Positions 24,460 to 37,870 of a stretch of 64,000 nt of DNA are shown piece after piece. The first letter of the stretch is position 1. Every line of letters begins with the position of its first letter. A program made the translations under genes and the position numbers. This DNA comes from Octopus sinensis (lineage: Eukaryota): the NCBI RefSeq assembly GCF_006345805.1, contig NC_043006.1, positions 21,390,001 to 21,454,000 on the forward strand, written 5' to 3'. The notes under the pieces are model-generated. The model did no database searches. It had not been told where the DNA came from and saw nothing but the letters and a program-made list of their open reading frames with translations.

Positions 24460-25009
24460 GTGAAACGAAAACACAGGAAAAGGAAAGACCCAGTTTTTGC
24501 TGCGGTAGGCGGCAATATAATGGAAATGGAGGTAAAAATGGAGCAACTATTTAAGTTTCGTAACTTAATCAGGAAAAGTGGTAGCGACACAAAACTACTG
24601 CCTCCTCCAGAGACAGTGCAAACGATAAATGCGCGAACGGTTGCATATAAAATTTACAACCTTAAAGAAAAAAGAATTATGGACGCCAAGAATGACGTCG
24701 TTGAAAGTTGTTTGGCCCCAATATGGAACCAAGTAACCTTCGTTAGCCGTGGAACGAGAAGCGCAACGGTCGGTGCAAGCGCAGTTCGAAAAGGCTAACG
24801 TAGCGAAGAAGGTCTCCACGAAGACCTTAAGAAACGAGGAAATAATCCTGTTACCTACATACTTGGGTCGCAGAACGGCGATAATTACAGTAGATGAGAT
24901 CTCGGCCCTCCCCAAAACACAAGAAAGAATTGCTTCCTACGAGGAAAAACGAGCCGTTGTCTACCATCATAAGACATCACCACAAGGCTCGAGTTTTCAA
25001 AATAACTAA
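24460..25009 (+). pseudogene. Frameshifted protein-like reading frame, possibly a retroelement ORF1/gag-like fragment
   Basis: Two overlapping ORFs (24460..24798 and 24749..25009) join by one frameshift into a compositionally natural protein (ARTVAYKIYNLKEKRI...IWNQVTFVSRG...ILLPTYLGRRT). The family assignment is from recollection only. Confidence 0.4.
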
Positions 25010-25884
25010 AGATACATGTGTGTGTGTGCGCGCGTACATGAATGTGTGTGTGTATATGTGTGCATATGCGGATTCTATGAATGAAGTATTATTTTAACCA
25101 TGCCTATTGGAGTAATTTCCCTTTATTCAATGTGCCAGGGATCGGTAATATTTCTTAGTAATATTAATTTATACCAGAAGCAATATATATATAATAAATA
25201 TATTAAAACTTGACAATTTTTTTATCTTATATTTATTTTGTAAACAAGTAATACAATGTTACATAAGCATTTTATAAGCATTTTATCTTTCTTTCTTTCC
25301 TGAAAACTCTCCGCGTACCGGCAGCTGATGGAAAGGAAGAAACATAAGATGTTCATATTAGAGCTTCCCGCGGGAATGCCAAGCAGTACATGTCATTTCC
25401 AAGTTTCTGGCAGAGTGAATTGCGTCATAGTGCCATTTTTGTCACAGACTGTGCCCAACTGACCCTACTATACTGTGTAGTCGACGAAATCAAAAACAAA
25501 CAACTTGATACGGGGTGGGGTAGAGTGTAGGTAGAAGCTTTATTTAGCACAACAATCGTTTCGGCCGCCTTCTGCACGGCTCCCTAGTCGGTTGGGAATC
25601 ATGTAATGCCATCAGATGCATTATATCATTTCCCACCCACATGGTGCAGTGCAGAAAGCAGCCGAAACGATTGTTGTGGAGAGTTTCTTGTTACACTCCC
25701 GTCTTCTGTATCAATCATTTAATGTATGCCCAGCATGCACCTAGGATGTCCTGACGTAGATCCCGCGACGAAAGGCATTAACACGGATGACGCTCGGTAG
25801 CCATAAGTGATGAAACTTCTCTGCAGGTACACTACCTGGGACTTACCTGAAACAAAGTTTGGATACTGCATTTTAATGTCTCCT

Positions 25885-26292
25885 TACTCTTTTACTCTTT
25901 TACTTCTTTCAGTTATTTGACTGCGGCCATGCTGGAGCACCGCCTTTAGTCGCGCAAATCGACGCCCGGGACTTATTCTTTGTAAGCCCAGTACTTATTC
26001 TATCGGTCCCTTTTTTCCGAACAGCTAAGTGACGGGGACGTAAACACACCAGCATCGGTTGTCAAGCAATGCTAGGGAGACAAACACAGACACACAAACA
26101 CACACACACACACATACATACATATATATACATATATACGACAGGCTTCTTTCAGTTTCCGTCTACCAAATCCACTCACAAGGCATTGGTCGGCCCGGGG
26201 CTATAGCAGAAGACACTTGTCCAAGATTCCACGCAGTGGGACTGAACCCGGAACCATGTGGTTGGTTAGCAAGCTACTTACCACACAGCCAC
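25885..26292 (-). mobile_element. SINE family C, full length
   Basis: Sense strand reads GTGGCTGTGTGGTAAGTAGCTTGC...GGGTTCAGTCCC head, TTGGACAAGTGTCTT, and a (GAGTAAAA)n-like tail. Confidence 0.85.
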
Positions 26293-26320
26293 TTTCTTAA
26301 ACCTTAATTGAAAATTTTAC

Positions 26321-26413
<93 letters not shown>

Positions 26414-27001
26414 GTACGCGTTTGCATGTGTGTCTGTATTCATATTGTGCAATTTAAAATTAAAATTACGCGACAATTACCTTAGAACTCCGTTTGTATT
26501 TCCTTTTGTGTTATTGCATCGATATCATTTGTTACTAATCCGAGGTTTGGAGATATGACAAAGTGTAAGTAGAAAATAGAACAAAGCATGAGAGGCTTTT
26601 TATAAGCTGTATTATCTCATTTGACTTTCTGATTGCACTACTTGATTACTAGTTACATAACCTAAATTACATAATCGCTCACCATATGTAGTAGTTCATT
26701 CTGTCAAGTCTACAATCAATAAAGTTACGCTACATGTCCCTGACAGCTTGACAATAAGTTTTGATTGTTTCATTTATATTTTGATTAACTAATAATTACC
26801 ATGCGATCATGAAACAGCGTAAGACGTTGTAACTAAATGACTTACGAATAATTTCCCGTGTTTAGTTCTATTATACACATACTTATGTCTATACACACCA
26901 CATACATACACGCACATGCATATATACCTATGTCTATACACACCACATAAACACACACACACACACGCATATATACATAAGTCTATACACACACACATGC
27001 A

Positions 27002-27610
27002 TACAACCCCAGAAACAAAGAAGCTTTCACCATCATCACCCAGAATTTACCAATACTTCATAAAAACCCCAAATTAAAGGAAATTCTAAACATACACCAA
27101 ATCATTAAAAGCTACAAACAGCCTAAATCACTTTAAAATATTCTCACAAAGGCAAAATTGTCTTCTAAAATTACGGATGCAAAAGTAAAAAAATGTGGTA
27201 GATCGAACTGTGCAACATGTCCTAACCTATTGGAAGGATCAGAATTCTTCTTTAAAGAGGGACAGAAATTCAAGATCAAATCTAACTTTACTTGTGCCTC
27301 TGAAAACATAATTTATGTCATTAAATGCTCGGGCTGCCACGAAGACTACGTGGGTTCCACGGGACTATCACTCAGGCGTAGATGCACACTGCATCGACAA
27401 CAGATTGCATTCCCAGAATATAGAATGATACCTTTTAGTGAGCACATTGAGAAATGCGCAAAGCAACTACTGCCACAATTTTTAATCTTCCCATTTTACC
27501 AATGTGCTTTCGGATCATCAACACAAATGAGACTGAACAAGGAAACATTCTTCATTGAAAAGTACAAACCCAGACTCAACCATCCGAACATACTGACACA
27601 GAGAAATTAA
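27002..27610 (+). mobile_element. Penelope-like element 3' part with GIY-YIG endonuclease (Neptune-type Cys-rich linker)
   Basis: YNPRNKEAFTIITQNLPIL...YKQPKSL*NIL, then ORF 27158..27610 with CGRSNCATC, NIIYVIKCSGC, YVGST, RCTLH, RLNKETFFIEKYKPRLN. Confidence 0.88.
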
Positions 27611-28020
27611 CAAGGGAAAGGGAAAAACCATCCGAACATACTGACACAGAGAAATTAACAAGGGAAAAGGAAAAAAAATTTTAAGCGATTATCTCCCTTA
27701 CACCGGAAGAAATCACTCACTACCTCCCCTTATTTAGAAATCTCCTGATAATAAACACAACGATAACTCCATGCAATATAAACATAACGTCACAAGAAAT
27801 TTGAAAAGCTACACGCGAAACCGGTAATTTCTTTAAAAATTTTAAAATTGTCATTTTAAGGAAAGGAAAAAAATTTTCCAATATTCTCCAGACATTTTGA
27901 CACAAATATATATATTTTTTAACATTTAAGCCTTCTGTCGTTTTTTCACACTTTACTATTTTCTTATATATATATATGTATATATATGTATATATATACA
28001 TATTTAAACATATATGTATA

Positions 28021-28067
<47 letters not shown>

Positions 28068-28114
28068 ATGTATGTATGGGCATGAATATATACATATATA
28101 TGTATGTATGTATG

Positions 28115-28177
<63 letters not shown>

Positions 28178-29094
28178 ATATATATGACCACACAAACACA
28201 CACACACATATTCTGTTAGGTGTTTCAGTAATTATCACGTATCGTAATTATATCACGACGATATAACTACACAGGGCATAATAATCACATTTTCAAGAAC
28301 ATTTTGGGGTGACGAATTGATAGAATCGTTAAAGCAGCAGATAGGATGTCTTTTGCTACGTGTTTCAGCTTTCTACCTCCTTAATTCAAATCCTACTGAT
28401 GTTAATTATATGATTTCATCCCTTCCGAGTCAAGATATATAGCTTCCTTGTTCGATCGATCTGGACGGCATTTTTCGCAGTCTCCATTCAAATTCCACCA
28501 TACTGCTGTAAAAATAAAAAACCACCTGCTACTTTGTTCCAACGATGGCACACAACACAAAAAAGACAATGGCTTTAAATATATTGGTTCATAATTTTCT
28601 GACAGTAAGACGGATTTTCCTCCACGTAAAGGACTAGCTTTAAGCATCAACCAAACATATATTTTAAAGTCCCTAAGGATTTCCTTCTTCAGTACATGTA
28701 TAGAATGTATCATTCTCAATGAATCGGTTCTTTAGATTATAAATTATGAAGTTCAATATCATATATATATATATTATATAGATATATAATATATATATAT
28801 ATATATATTATATAAAATACAAACTGAGACAAGAAGGCAAAACATTTAGAAGACGATATAAAAAAAATAAAACGGACAGGACATTCGAAGCCTTCAATCT
28901 TCAATCAAGAACAGGATCATCCTCGCAATTTCGGCTGATTAATCTTGAGATTGCTCTAATCTGGCCAACCCCAAGAAAAAAACTAAGCTAAGCGCATTAG
29001 ATTCCTTGGAAAAAAGCTTCGAATGTATACAAAACAAGGACGGAAAAACGGACGATGTTACACGAATATGAATACAAAACTAATACGCAAAAAC

Positions 29095-29129
<35 letters not shown>

Positions 29130-32100
29130 GACACCGGGGACGTTTAAGATGTAAGAAGGAAAATACAGAGCTCCGAAATCTATCCACAAACATCGAAAAC
29201 AAGGACACCCTATGGAGCCAAAGATTTACTAACAAAGAATTGGACTATATCCGAGTAAGTAATACTAATGAAATTTATTACTATTTTCGAAACGAAATGA
29301 TGTATTTTGACTCGATATTATCTCCACCTCTAACACAACACATGTAAACATGCGTGGAACAACACGATCATCCCCGACCTCAAACACCATGTACAAAGGA
29401 ACTACGAAGAAATTAAATGCCACCGATACTATTCAACCAAGAATAACAATCGAGCGGTACGTACATTAAACTACAACAAAAAATGTACGAAAAACTACAC
29501 GTGCGAAATAATGTGACAACAGAAATAAACGGACCGGCACCCTACGAAAATGACGACCGTCAAAATAATGGGCCGGACGTTGTACCTCATGTCCCGCAAT
29601 AAACCCAAAAGACGTAAATGGACACGTGAGGAATACATTTCTATCTTACACGCATACTTCACAGCAATGCTCTACCCACAAATGAAAATACAACAACACA
29701 TACATATAAAATATGGAAGGAAAATAATAGAGATATAGATTTGGATACAGCAATGAACCCTAATAAATTAGCTAACGTACGAAGATACATTCTCAAAGCC
29801 AAAAAAATATCAGAAATAGAAATAGAACATTTAAAAGAAAAAATACACCAGGAAAATGTAGATAGAAGCCACACAACAATGCCAATAATATAAACACTGA
29901 AACTGTAAAACACGAAGACAAACGCAACATTCCCAACAAACAGGATGTAAACAACGAAGGGGAGCCTAATGATTATGATAATATAAAAAATAAAATAATC
30001 AAAGAACTAAAAACCACAGAGCTCAAAATGGACCACCGACCATACCTCCCAAGAATAAAAATAAACGCAATAACAACACCAATTATAAACAACATAAACC
30101 TAGCCGTCACTGAACTAGCCACTGAAACAAAAGAAAGTGATATCACTGAACTAAATGACTTGATATACGCAGCAGCCACTGCAGCCACAAAAGAAGCTGG
30201 ATACTCACCCAAACCCGCCGAAACAGGAGTACCACCACCCAAACAAACCCTGTGGATAAATAACATCCAAAACAAAATAAAAAAAATTAGAAAAGACCTG
30301 TCGATTCTTAATGAAATCAGCAAGCAAGCAACGCTACTGAGCAACAAAAAGAGAACAAAAATGCTCCGCAAATATAACATCACAGAAAAAGATTTGCCGG
30401 AGATAAAAGAAAAGCTGAAGCAAGATATCCTTGCCAAAGCTCAAAGGATCCGCCGGTACGAGAAACGCCAACGCTTCTTTGAACAGAACAAAAAGTTCAA
30501 CTCCGACCCCAAAAGTTCTACCAAGAACTGGGCAAAAATAAAATAGAAGTCACTGCAGCACCAACGGCAGAAGAATTGGAAGAATTCTGGAAAGAAATAT
30601 GGTCGGCGAACGAACAGCCAAAAAAAAGGAGTATGAAAATAACAAACTTGGCATCTGAACAACTTTGGACCCCCATAACAACTGAAGAGGTCACCCAGGC
30701 ACTGCAAAAACTAAGCAACTGGAAGGCACCTGGGCATGACAAGATCCCCAACTTCTGGTTGAAATATCTAACAGGAATGCACAAAAAGCTGGCTGAAAAC
30801 TTTAACAGCATACTAGCAGAGCCAGAGACAATGCCTGAATGGCTCACGAAGGGGAAAACCATCTTAATTCCCAAATCAAATGAAACAACAAAACCAGAGA
30901 AAACTACAGACCAATAACCTGCCTCCCTACTATGTTCAAGGCATTTACTGCAGTGATATCGCAAAGGCTGAACAAGCACCTGGACGAAAACAAACTGTTC
31001 CCAGAAGAGCAGAAAGGATGCCGCAAGGGCTCATATGGCTGTAAAGATCAACTAATGATTAATAAAGCCGTAACTGAAGACAGCCACAGAGAAGAAGAAA
31101 GGCCTCAGTATGGCCTGGATTGACTACAAAAAGGCGTTTGATAGCACCCCCCACACATGGATCCTCGAAACAACACTAGCCATTAACAAAGTAGCACCAA
31201 CAATCATAAAATTCATAGAGCACTCTATGAATAAATGGCAAACAGTCCTACACCTCCAAACAAAAGAGGGACTCATGAAAACCAAAGACATCCCCATTAG
31301 AAGAGGAATATTCCAGGGAGACACGCTCTCTCCACTCCTTTTCTGCTTGGCACTGTCACCTCTATCTGATATGCTAAATAGAACTGGATGCGGATATAAA
31401 TGTTACGGCAAAACGATCAGCCACCTTTTATATATGGATGACCTAAAACTATACGCTGCAAATGACAAACAGCTGGAAACACTATTAAAGACAGTTCATG
31501 GATTTACCAAGAAATAGATATGAAATTTGGATTAGAAAAATGCGCCAAAGTACCATGAAAAGAGGGAAAACTAGTTAAGAGTAACAACATCACACTAGAT
31601 AAAACCAATGAAATAAAAGAATTAGACCAAAGCCAAACTTACAAATACTTAGGAATCCATGAACTAGATAAGACACAACACACACAAATGAAAGAGAAAA
31701 TAAAAAAAGAATATTATAGACGAGTTAGATCAATACTAAAAACAGAGCTCAATGCTAAAAACAAGATAATAGGTATCAACACTTTAGCTGTCCCAGTTAT
31801 AAGTTACAGCTACAATATCCTTAACTGGACACGAAATGAACTGTCCAAATAGATAGGAAAACAAGAAAAATACTGACAGGATCTAGGATGCATCACCCAA
31901 AATCTGACATAGAAAGACTATATATACAACGTATAGAAGGTGGTAGAGGCCTTATACAGCTGGAAAAACTACTATAAAATAACCACCATAGGACTGCAAA
32001 AATACCTACTTCAGAAGGAAGGAAAACTGATCCAGATAGCAGCAAAACACGAGCAAAACAAAAAACTGTTCTCAGTATTTAAGGAAGCTGACAAATACAA

Positions 32101-33079
32101 ACAAGAAATCATACCACCTAATAAACACAAAGAAGAAGAAAAGAGATGAGAAGAAAACCAAAAGCTATAAAACAAATGAAATCCAAACTAAAAATAGAAC
32201 AGCAAGAGCCATGATAAAACGATGGCAAGAAAAACCCCTTCATGGTAAATACTGCACTAAACTAAACGCAAAAGAAATAGACAAAGAAAAATCCCAGCAA
32301 TGGTGAGAAGCTCAGGACTCAAAGCAGAAACAGAGGGATGTTTAGTTGCAGCACAAGACCAAAGCCTCCCCACCAGAAATTACCAAAAACATGTAATGAA
32401 AGAAATATTACAAGTAACTGCAGAATATGTGGAGATGGACAAGAAACAATAAATCATATTATCTCTAGCTGCCCAGTCCTGGCTAAGAAGGAATATATTC
32501 ACAGACATGACAGAGTTGGAACCTACATGCATTGGAAGCTATGCCAACATTATGGAATAACAACAGAAAAAGATGGTATAGGCACACACCAGAAAAGGTC
32601 ACAGAAAACGAGAAAGCAACAATACTCTGGGATATGCCGATACACACAGATAGAGAAATTAAGGCCAACAGACCAGATATAGTTGTCAGAGATCATGAAG
32701 AAAAAAAATGCTTTCTAATTGATGTATCAATACCGGCAGATGACAACGTTTCTCTAAAAGAAATGGAGAAACTCCTCAAAATACAAAGACCTGGAATAGA
32801 GGTAACTAGAATGTGGAATCTGAAAACAGAAACAATTCCTATCATAGTAGGTGCATTAGGCATGATAAAAAAATTCAGACAAATACATAACAAAAACACC
32901 AGGACTTACAAACACATATAACATACAGAAAATGCACTACTAGGCACTGCACACATCCTACGCAGAAACACTTTCCATACAATACCATCAGAGCATCACA
33001 CAATCACACAGACATACCTAAGGCACACAGAGCTGCGCTCGTAGTGAAGTGAAAGCACGCTATAAAAATAAAACTACTG
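29130..33079 (+). mobile_element. Near full-length R4/Dong-clade RLE non-LTR retrotransposon (frameshifted)
   Basis: KWTREEY N-terminal motif; RT motifs WKAPGHDKIPNFWLK, EEQKGCRKG, WIDYKKAFDSTPH, GIFQGDTLSPLLF, HLLYMDDLKLY; CCHC CRICGDGQETINHIISSC; RHD; RPDIVV...FLIDVSIP. Flanked by (AAT)n at 29095-29129 and 33080-33120. The 5' boundary is uncertain. Confidence 0.93.
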
Positions 33080-33120
33080 AATAATAATAATAATATAATA
33101 TAATAATAATAATAATAATA

Positions 33121-33560
33121 ACACACATAGAGAAATTAAGGCGAAACACCAGATATAGTTGTCAGAGATCATGAAGAAAAAAAATGCATTCTAATTGATG
33201 TATCATAACCGGCCGATGACAACGTGTCTCTAAGAGAAATGGAGAAAACTTTCAAATACAAAGACCTGGAAATAGAGGTAACCAGAATGTGGAATCTAAA
33301 ACAGAAACAATTCCTGTCATAGTAGGTGCATTAGGCATATAAAAAGTATTCAGACAAATACATAACAAAAACACCAGGACTTACAAACACATATAACATA
33401 CAGAAAATTGCACTACTAGGAGGCACTGCACCACATCCTACGCTGACACTTTCCATACAATAACCATCAGAGCATCACAACAAAATCACACAGCACATAC
33501 CCAAGGCACACAGAGCTGCGCTCGGTAGTGAAGTGAAAGCACGCTATAAAAATAAAACTA

Positions 33561-33563
<3 letters not shown>
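33121..33563 (+). mobile_element. 5'-truncated second copy of the same LINE 3' end
   Basis: Homologous to about 32642-33079 and followed by (AAT)n at 33564-33630. Confidence 0.9.
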
Positions 33564-33603
<40 letters not shown>

Positions 33604-33630
33604 TAATAATAATAATAATAATAATAATAA

Positions 33631-34185
33631 ATGCCCTGATGCAGTACAGACAGAGGCTCTCATGGCTTCTGATCTTAACTGATTGGAAGTGTTATCCGTA
33701 CATTGTTTTGTCTTGGTATAAAAGATGGGCTACAGCAAATATTCTGCTCAATACCACAGATTTGCTTGTCAGTTGTTTGACCTTAACCAGTTAAGCATGT
33801 CCCTTAGTGGCTGACGATATGTGCATCTCTGATCACGAGCAGAAGTAGTGGGGAGCATCATAGCCATGTGTTGAGAAGGATTCTTTGGGGTTTGAATAAT
33901 TCACCGCTGGAAACATGGGTGTTTCGTTTCAACGTCCTTAAACAACCCTTATTCAGGGACCTTTGAGCGGGATGGGTTACTCGATCTGAAGAAAATTCTA
34001 ACTGGGCTCCACCTGCAAGGTCATGTGCTGTTTATCTTGATATGAGATCACCATGTCGCGCACATATGGTTGTGATGCATGTGCCTGGTGTAACCCTTAT
34101 CAGACGGGTAGTCATGATGGGTATACTGGGCTTCATATATTTTACCCCAGTGTCACTTTTATGGCATGCTCCTGCTCGCTCACTC

Positions 34186-34190
<5 letters not shown>
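33631..34190. mobile_element. Unclassified interspersed repeat associated with (AAT)n
   Basis: Its end (about 34000-34190) recurs inverted at about 48335-48525, again ending in CACTCAATAAT(AAT)n. Confidence 0.6.
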
Positions 34191-34220
<30 letters not shown>

Positions 34221-34369
34221 CACAACAATAGCAGGACGTCACAACAGGCGTCTTTCTACTTAGACGAATTAACTTCAGCTGGCGTGTTAGGAATGTGCCT
34301 TGGGGCAGAGAAAAAAATGTTGATGTTACCACGACGACCGTTGCCAGACCAAAAGGCCAGTAGTTGGTC

Positions 34370-34402
<33 letters not shown>

Positions 34403-34441
34403 TATATTATATTATATATATATATATATTATAATATATAT

Positions 34442-34474
<33 letters not shown>

Positions 34475-34486
34475 TAATACATATAC

Positions 34487-34517
<31 letters not shown>

Positions 34518-34547
34518 AATATATCTATATATACATATATATATATA

Positions 34548-34592
<45 letters not shown>

Positions 34593-34658
34593 TATATATA
34601 TTATATCTATATACAATATATATATATATAATATATATATATAATATATATATATATC

Positions 34659-34712
<54 letters not shown>

Positions 34713-35519
34713 AATGTGTGGACAAACGAAAGGAGGGCACTCAACAATTTATTGGGAGTTACATGTATGAATCAAAACAGTTTGATTCAAATTCGTTGGT
34801 ACTCTTGAGTTTCAAGCATGATGCTAGTCGTCAGCAATTTTGAAGTTGAACGACACAAGTTGATTGTTATTACAGTAAGGTGGGATGCGATGGTCGAGGA
34901 AGGTCACGCGGTGTCGTGGTTTGATGTTGCTATGTGGTGACAGTTGGAAAATGGAACATGGCGAACTGGAAATTGACCAACTGGAGAGACAAGGAGTAGA
35001 GTACGTGGCGATTAGAAATCAGTCAGGTTGGTGAGGGGGGAAGTAGGAAGGTCGGCATGGGCAAGTATATAGTTCTACATGTGGTTATGCAGACGCGCTC
35101 AAGTAGATTTGCATGCATGTGCATGTTGATGCGAGTGAGCGCATCTCTACTTGGGCGCGCAGGCGCACCTCAGTACACACACATACACAGAAACACGTTT
35201 GGACGAACACGCACGCGCGCGCACGTACACGCATGCTCACGCATACGCACACATGCACACATACACGCATACACATATGCGGATTCATTCATGTGTACAT
35301 ATGTATATTCCAATGCAGGTATGCTTTCAAACTAGTGTGCGCGCACATACGCGTGCCCGTGTACATATGCATATGCGTAAGCATGCGCGCGTGCGCAAGT
35401 ATACTGGTGCAAAACAAGCGTTGGGGGTTGGTTAGCGTTGGGAATTGGTAAATGGCGTTCCTGCTGATGGGGTTGGTTGGTAGCGGTGGCATTGATGTAG
35501 GCAGTGCATTGCGTTGTCA

Positions 35520-36720
35520 GAGACCGGAAATTTGCCAGAAGGCCATATCTCTGGTGACAGCAATACGATAAATTGTATTTCTTATTGATGGATACTGCAG
35601 GTGGTTGAAGGATATGCAGCATTTCACGTGGGAAGAGCTGGAAGTTGGGGGGGGCCAGATGAATATGGTGGCATTCTGTCGACAGTAATCCACTTTATGC
35701 CGGGTATTTAATCTCGGAGATCATAAGGGGTCTCCACAGAAAACGAGATAGGGAAGTAGAGTTCTCTCTGTCCCTGGATCTGAACGAGTGCATATACTGG
35801 GAGTATCTTCCCTTGAAGTCATTAGCTGTCATACCTGTATAGTGCCTAGTAACGGCATCGGATGGTGTAAGGGTGACTTTGTATACTGAAGTCCTTGAGA
35901 GACAAAATCCTTGTAGAGGGCACATGGTGGAGTTTCGGAGGTTGCAGGTTAGGGTTGGTGAATGTTTACGTCTGAATATACGTGTGATGTTGTCTAAGCA
36001 GGAGTAGCTCACCTTGACATTATGGGGGTATTACTTTGTAACACTTATTGCCTTTGGGGAAGTGTTCTTTAATTAACGATAGGAAGCGCCTAGTTACTGT
36101 GGTAGTAACCACTAGGTTAAAAGGGTGGTTATACCATAAAATTTTCTTTCTCCTTATTCTTTTGGGATGAGGAGAGTATTTGGGGGTTTTCCACATTCGT
36201 GAGCTTCTCAGTAAACTTGCCCCTAGCCAAAGCATCGTTGTACTAGAGGAGTGCGGCCTGTTAAAAATCTCTCTATTGACCGAGAGATTAGATAGGTTTC
36301 TAATTACAGTAGGTGGGGAGTAAGCTCTTGTTGATGTATACTGTAACCTCGGTAGGCTCCCTGTACGGGCAATACTTTCTCGTACTGAGGTCTCAGGTTA
36401 CGTCCAAGAAATCTATCGTAGTTAGGTTGGTGGTAACCTTCCTGAACCTGTCCATGGTGTGGTCGTTCATAAGGCTTCAGACAGCCATGCCGTCGGCCGT
36501 CGTCCTGATTGAGGGCCGACCTTTGTGAGTGGGTACGTCTCTTGAAGGTATAAGCCGACAAGGTTGGCGATTTCAGCCCTGTCAAAGCTCCCCATAGAGA
36601 CGACGAGCAACAGGTCATCTACTTTTTCACCCGGCGGGTATCGTCGTGGACTAGAACTGACTTTCTGGCATTCATGATAATTCTAGTGTTAAGCTCACTA
36701 ATGCTGGTGTACTGCTCTGC
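35520..36720 (-). mobile_element. Degenerate Penelope-like element (RT end + GIY-YIG)
   Basis: SMGSFDRAEIANLVGLYL; KKILWYNHPF...FLSLIKEHFPK; YSCLDNI...CNLRNSTMCPLQGFCL...VYKV...HYTGMTANDFKGRY...SFR...NSTSLSRFLW; INKKYNLSYCCHQRYGLLANF. Confidence 0.85.
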
Positions 36721-36829
36721 AAAAGTTAGGGTCTTCAGAAGAAGAGACTTAGATATGGAAGAGTAGAAGTTGACAATGTCGAAATGGTTGAATGTACAGG
36801 CTGATTTATTCTCGATACCGCGTATGTAT

Positions 36830-36865
<36 letters not shown>

Positions 36866-36891
36866 ATATATAATATATATATATATATACA

Positions 36892-36976
<85 letters not shown>

Positions 36977-37490
36977 TATATATATACATATATATATATA
37001 TACATACACACACATATATATGTATTTTATAATTATGATTATAATTATAATTGGGTTCAACAAAAATTTATGCCTCATCACATACCGAAATTTAGAAGCA
37101 GCAGTAAAAACTAATTATTTTACTACTGTAAGAAAATCTCCCAGATAGCATCTGTGAGATTTCCTTATGGTAGTGAAATAGTTAGTTTTAACTGCTATTT
37201 CTAAATGTTAGTATGATTGATATAAATTTACAGGATTCAAAAGAATCAGGTACTTAAATAGGGAAAGCCCCAAGATCAAGTCAGTGATAGCGCTATAGAG
37301 TGCAAACAATGTATAACCATAAATACTTACTCAGTAAAGTAAAAACAGAATATTTTGTGGAAATGCAGAAACTTGCATCGTTACTCAGCCACAGATCGTC
37401 TTGTTCATAATCGTTTATTCAAAGGTTTCAAGAATCAGAAAGTTGAAATTCAAGAGGCAACTACTTCTCTCTCTCTCTCCCTCTCTCTCC

Positions 37491-37525
<35 letters not shown>

Positions 37526-37679
37526 TCCTTCTCCCTTTCTCTCTTACCATCTTTCTCTCACTTCCATTACACTTACTCTCCCTAACTAATCTCTCCCTCT
37601 CAGATTCTGTGTACGTTCGGTTATGTTTGTGCGTGTGTGTGTGTTGTGTGTGTGTGTGTGTGTGTGTGTGTATTCTTTT

Positions 37680-37870
37680 TTTCATTTGACTGTGATCATG
37701 ATGGAGCACCGCCTTTAGTCAAACATATCGACCCCAGGGCTTATTCTTTGTAAGCCTAGTACTTATTTTATCGGTTTCTTTTGCTTAACTGCTAATTTAC
37801 GGAGACGTAAGCACACCAACATCGGTTGTCAAGCGAACGTGGGGGGGGGGCAAACACAAACACACAAATA
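37680..37870 (-). mobile_element. SINE family C partial
   Basis: Shared GGAGCACCGCCTTTAGTC...CATCGGTTGTCAAGCG segment. Confidence 0.75.

Noticed and set aside
27736-27832. Hammerhead downstream of the GIY-YIG ORF (CTGATAA...GAA ACCGGT A)
   Set aside because: Palindromic stem III is present, but the core has G8A and stem I is out of register by 3 nt; needs a family consensus.
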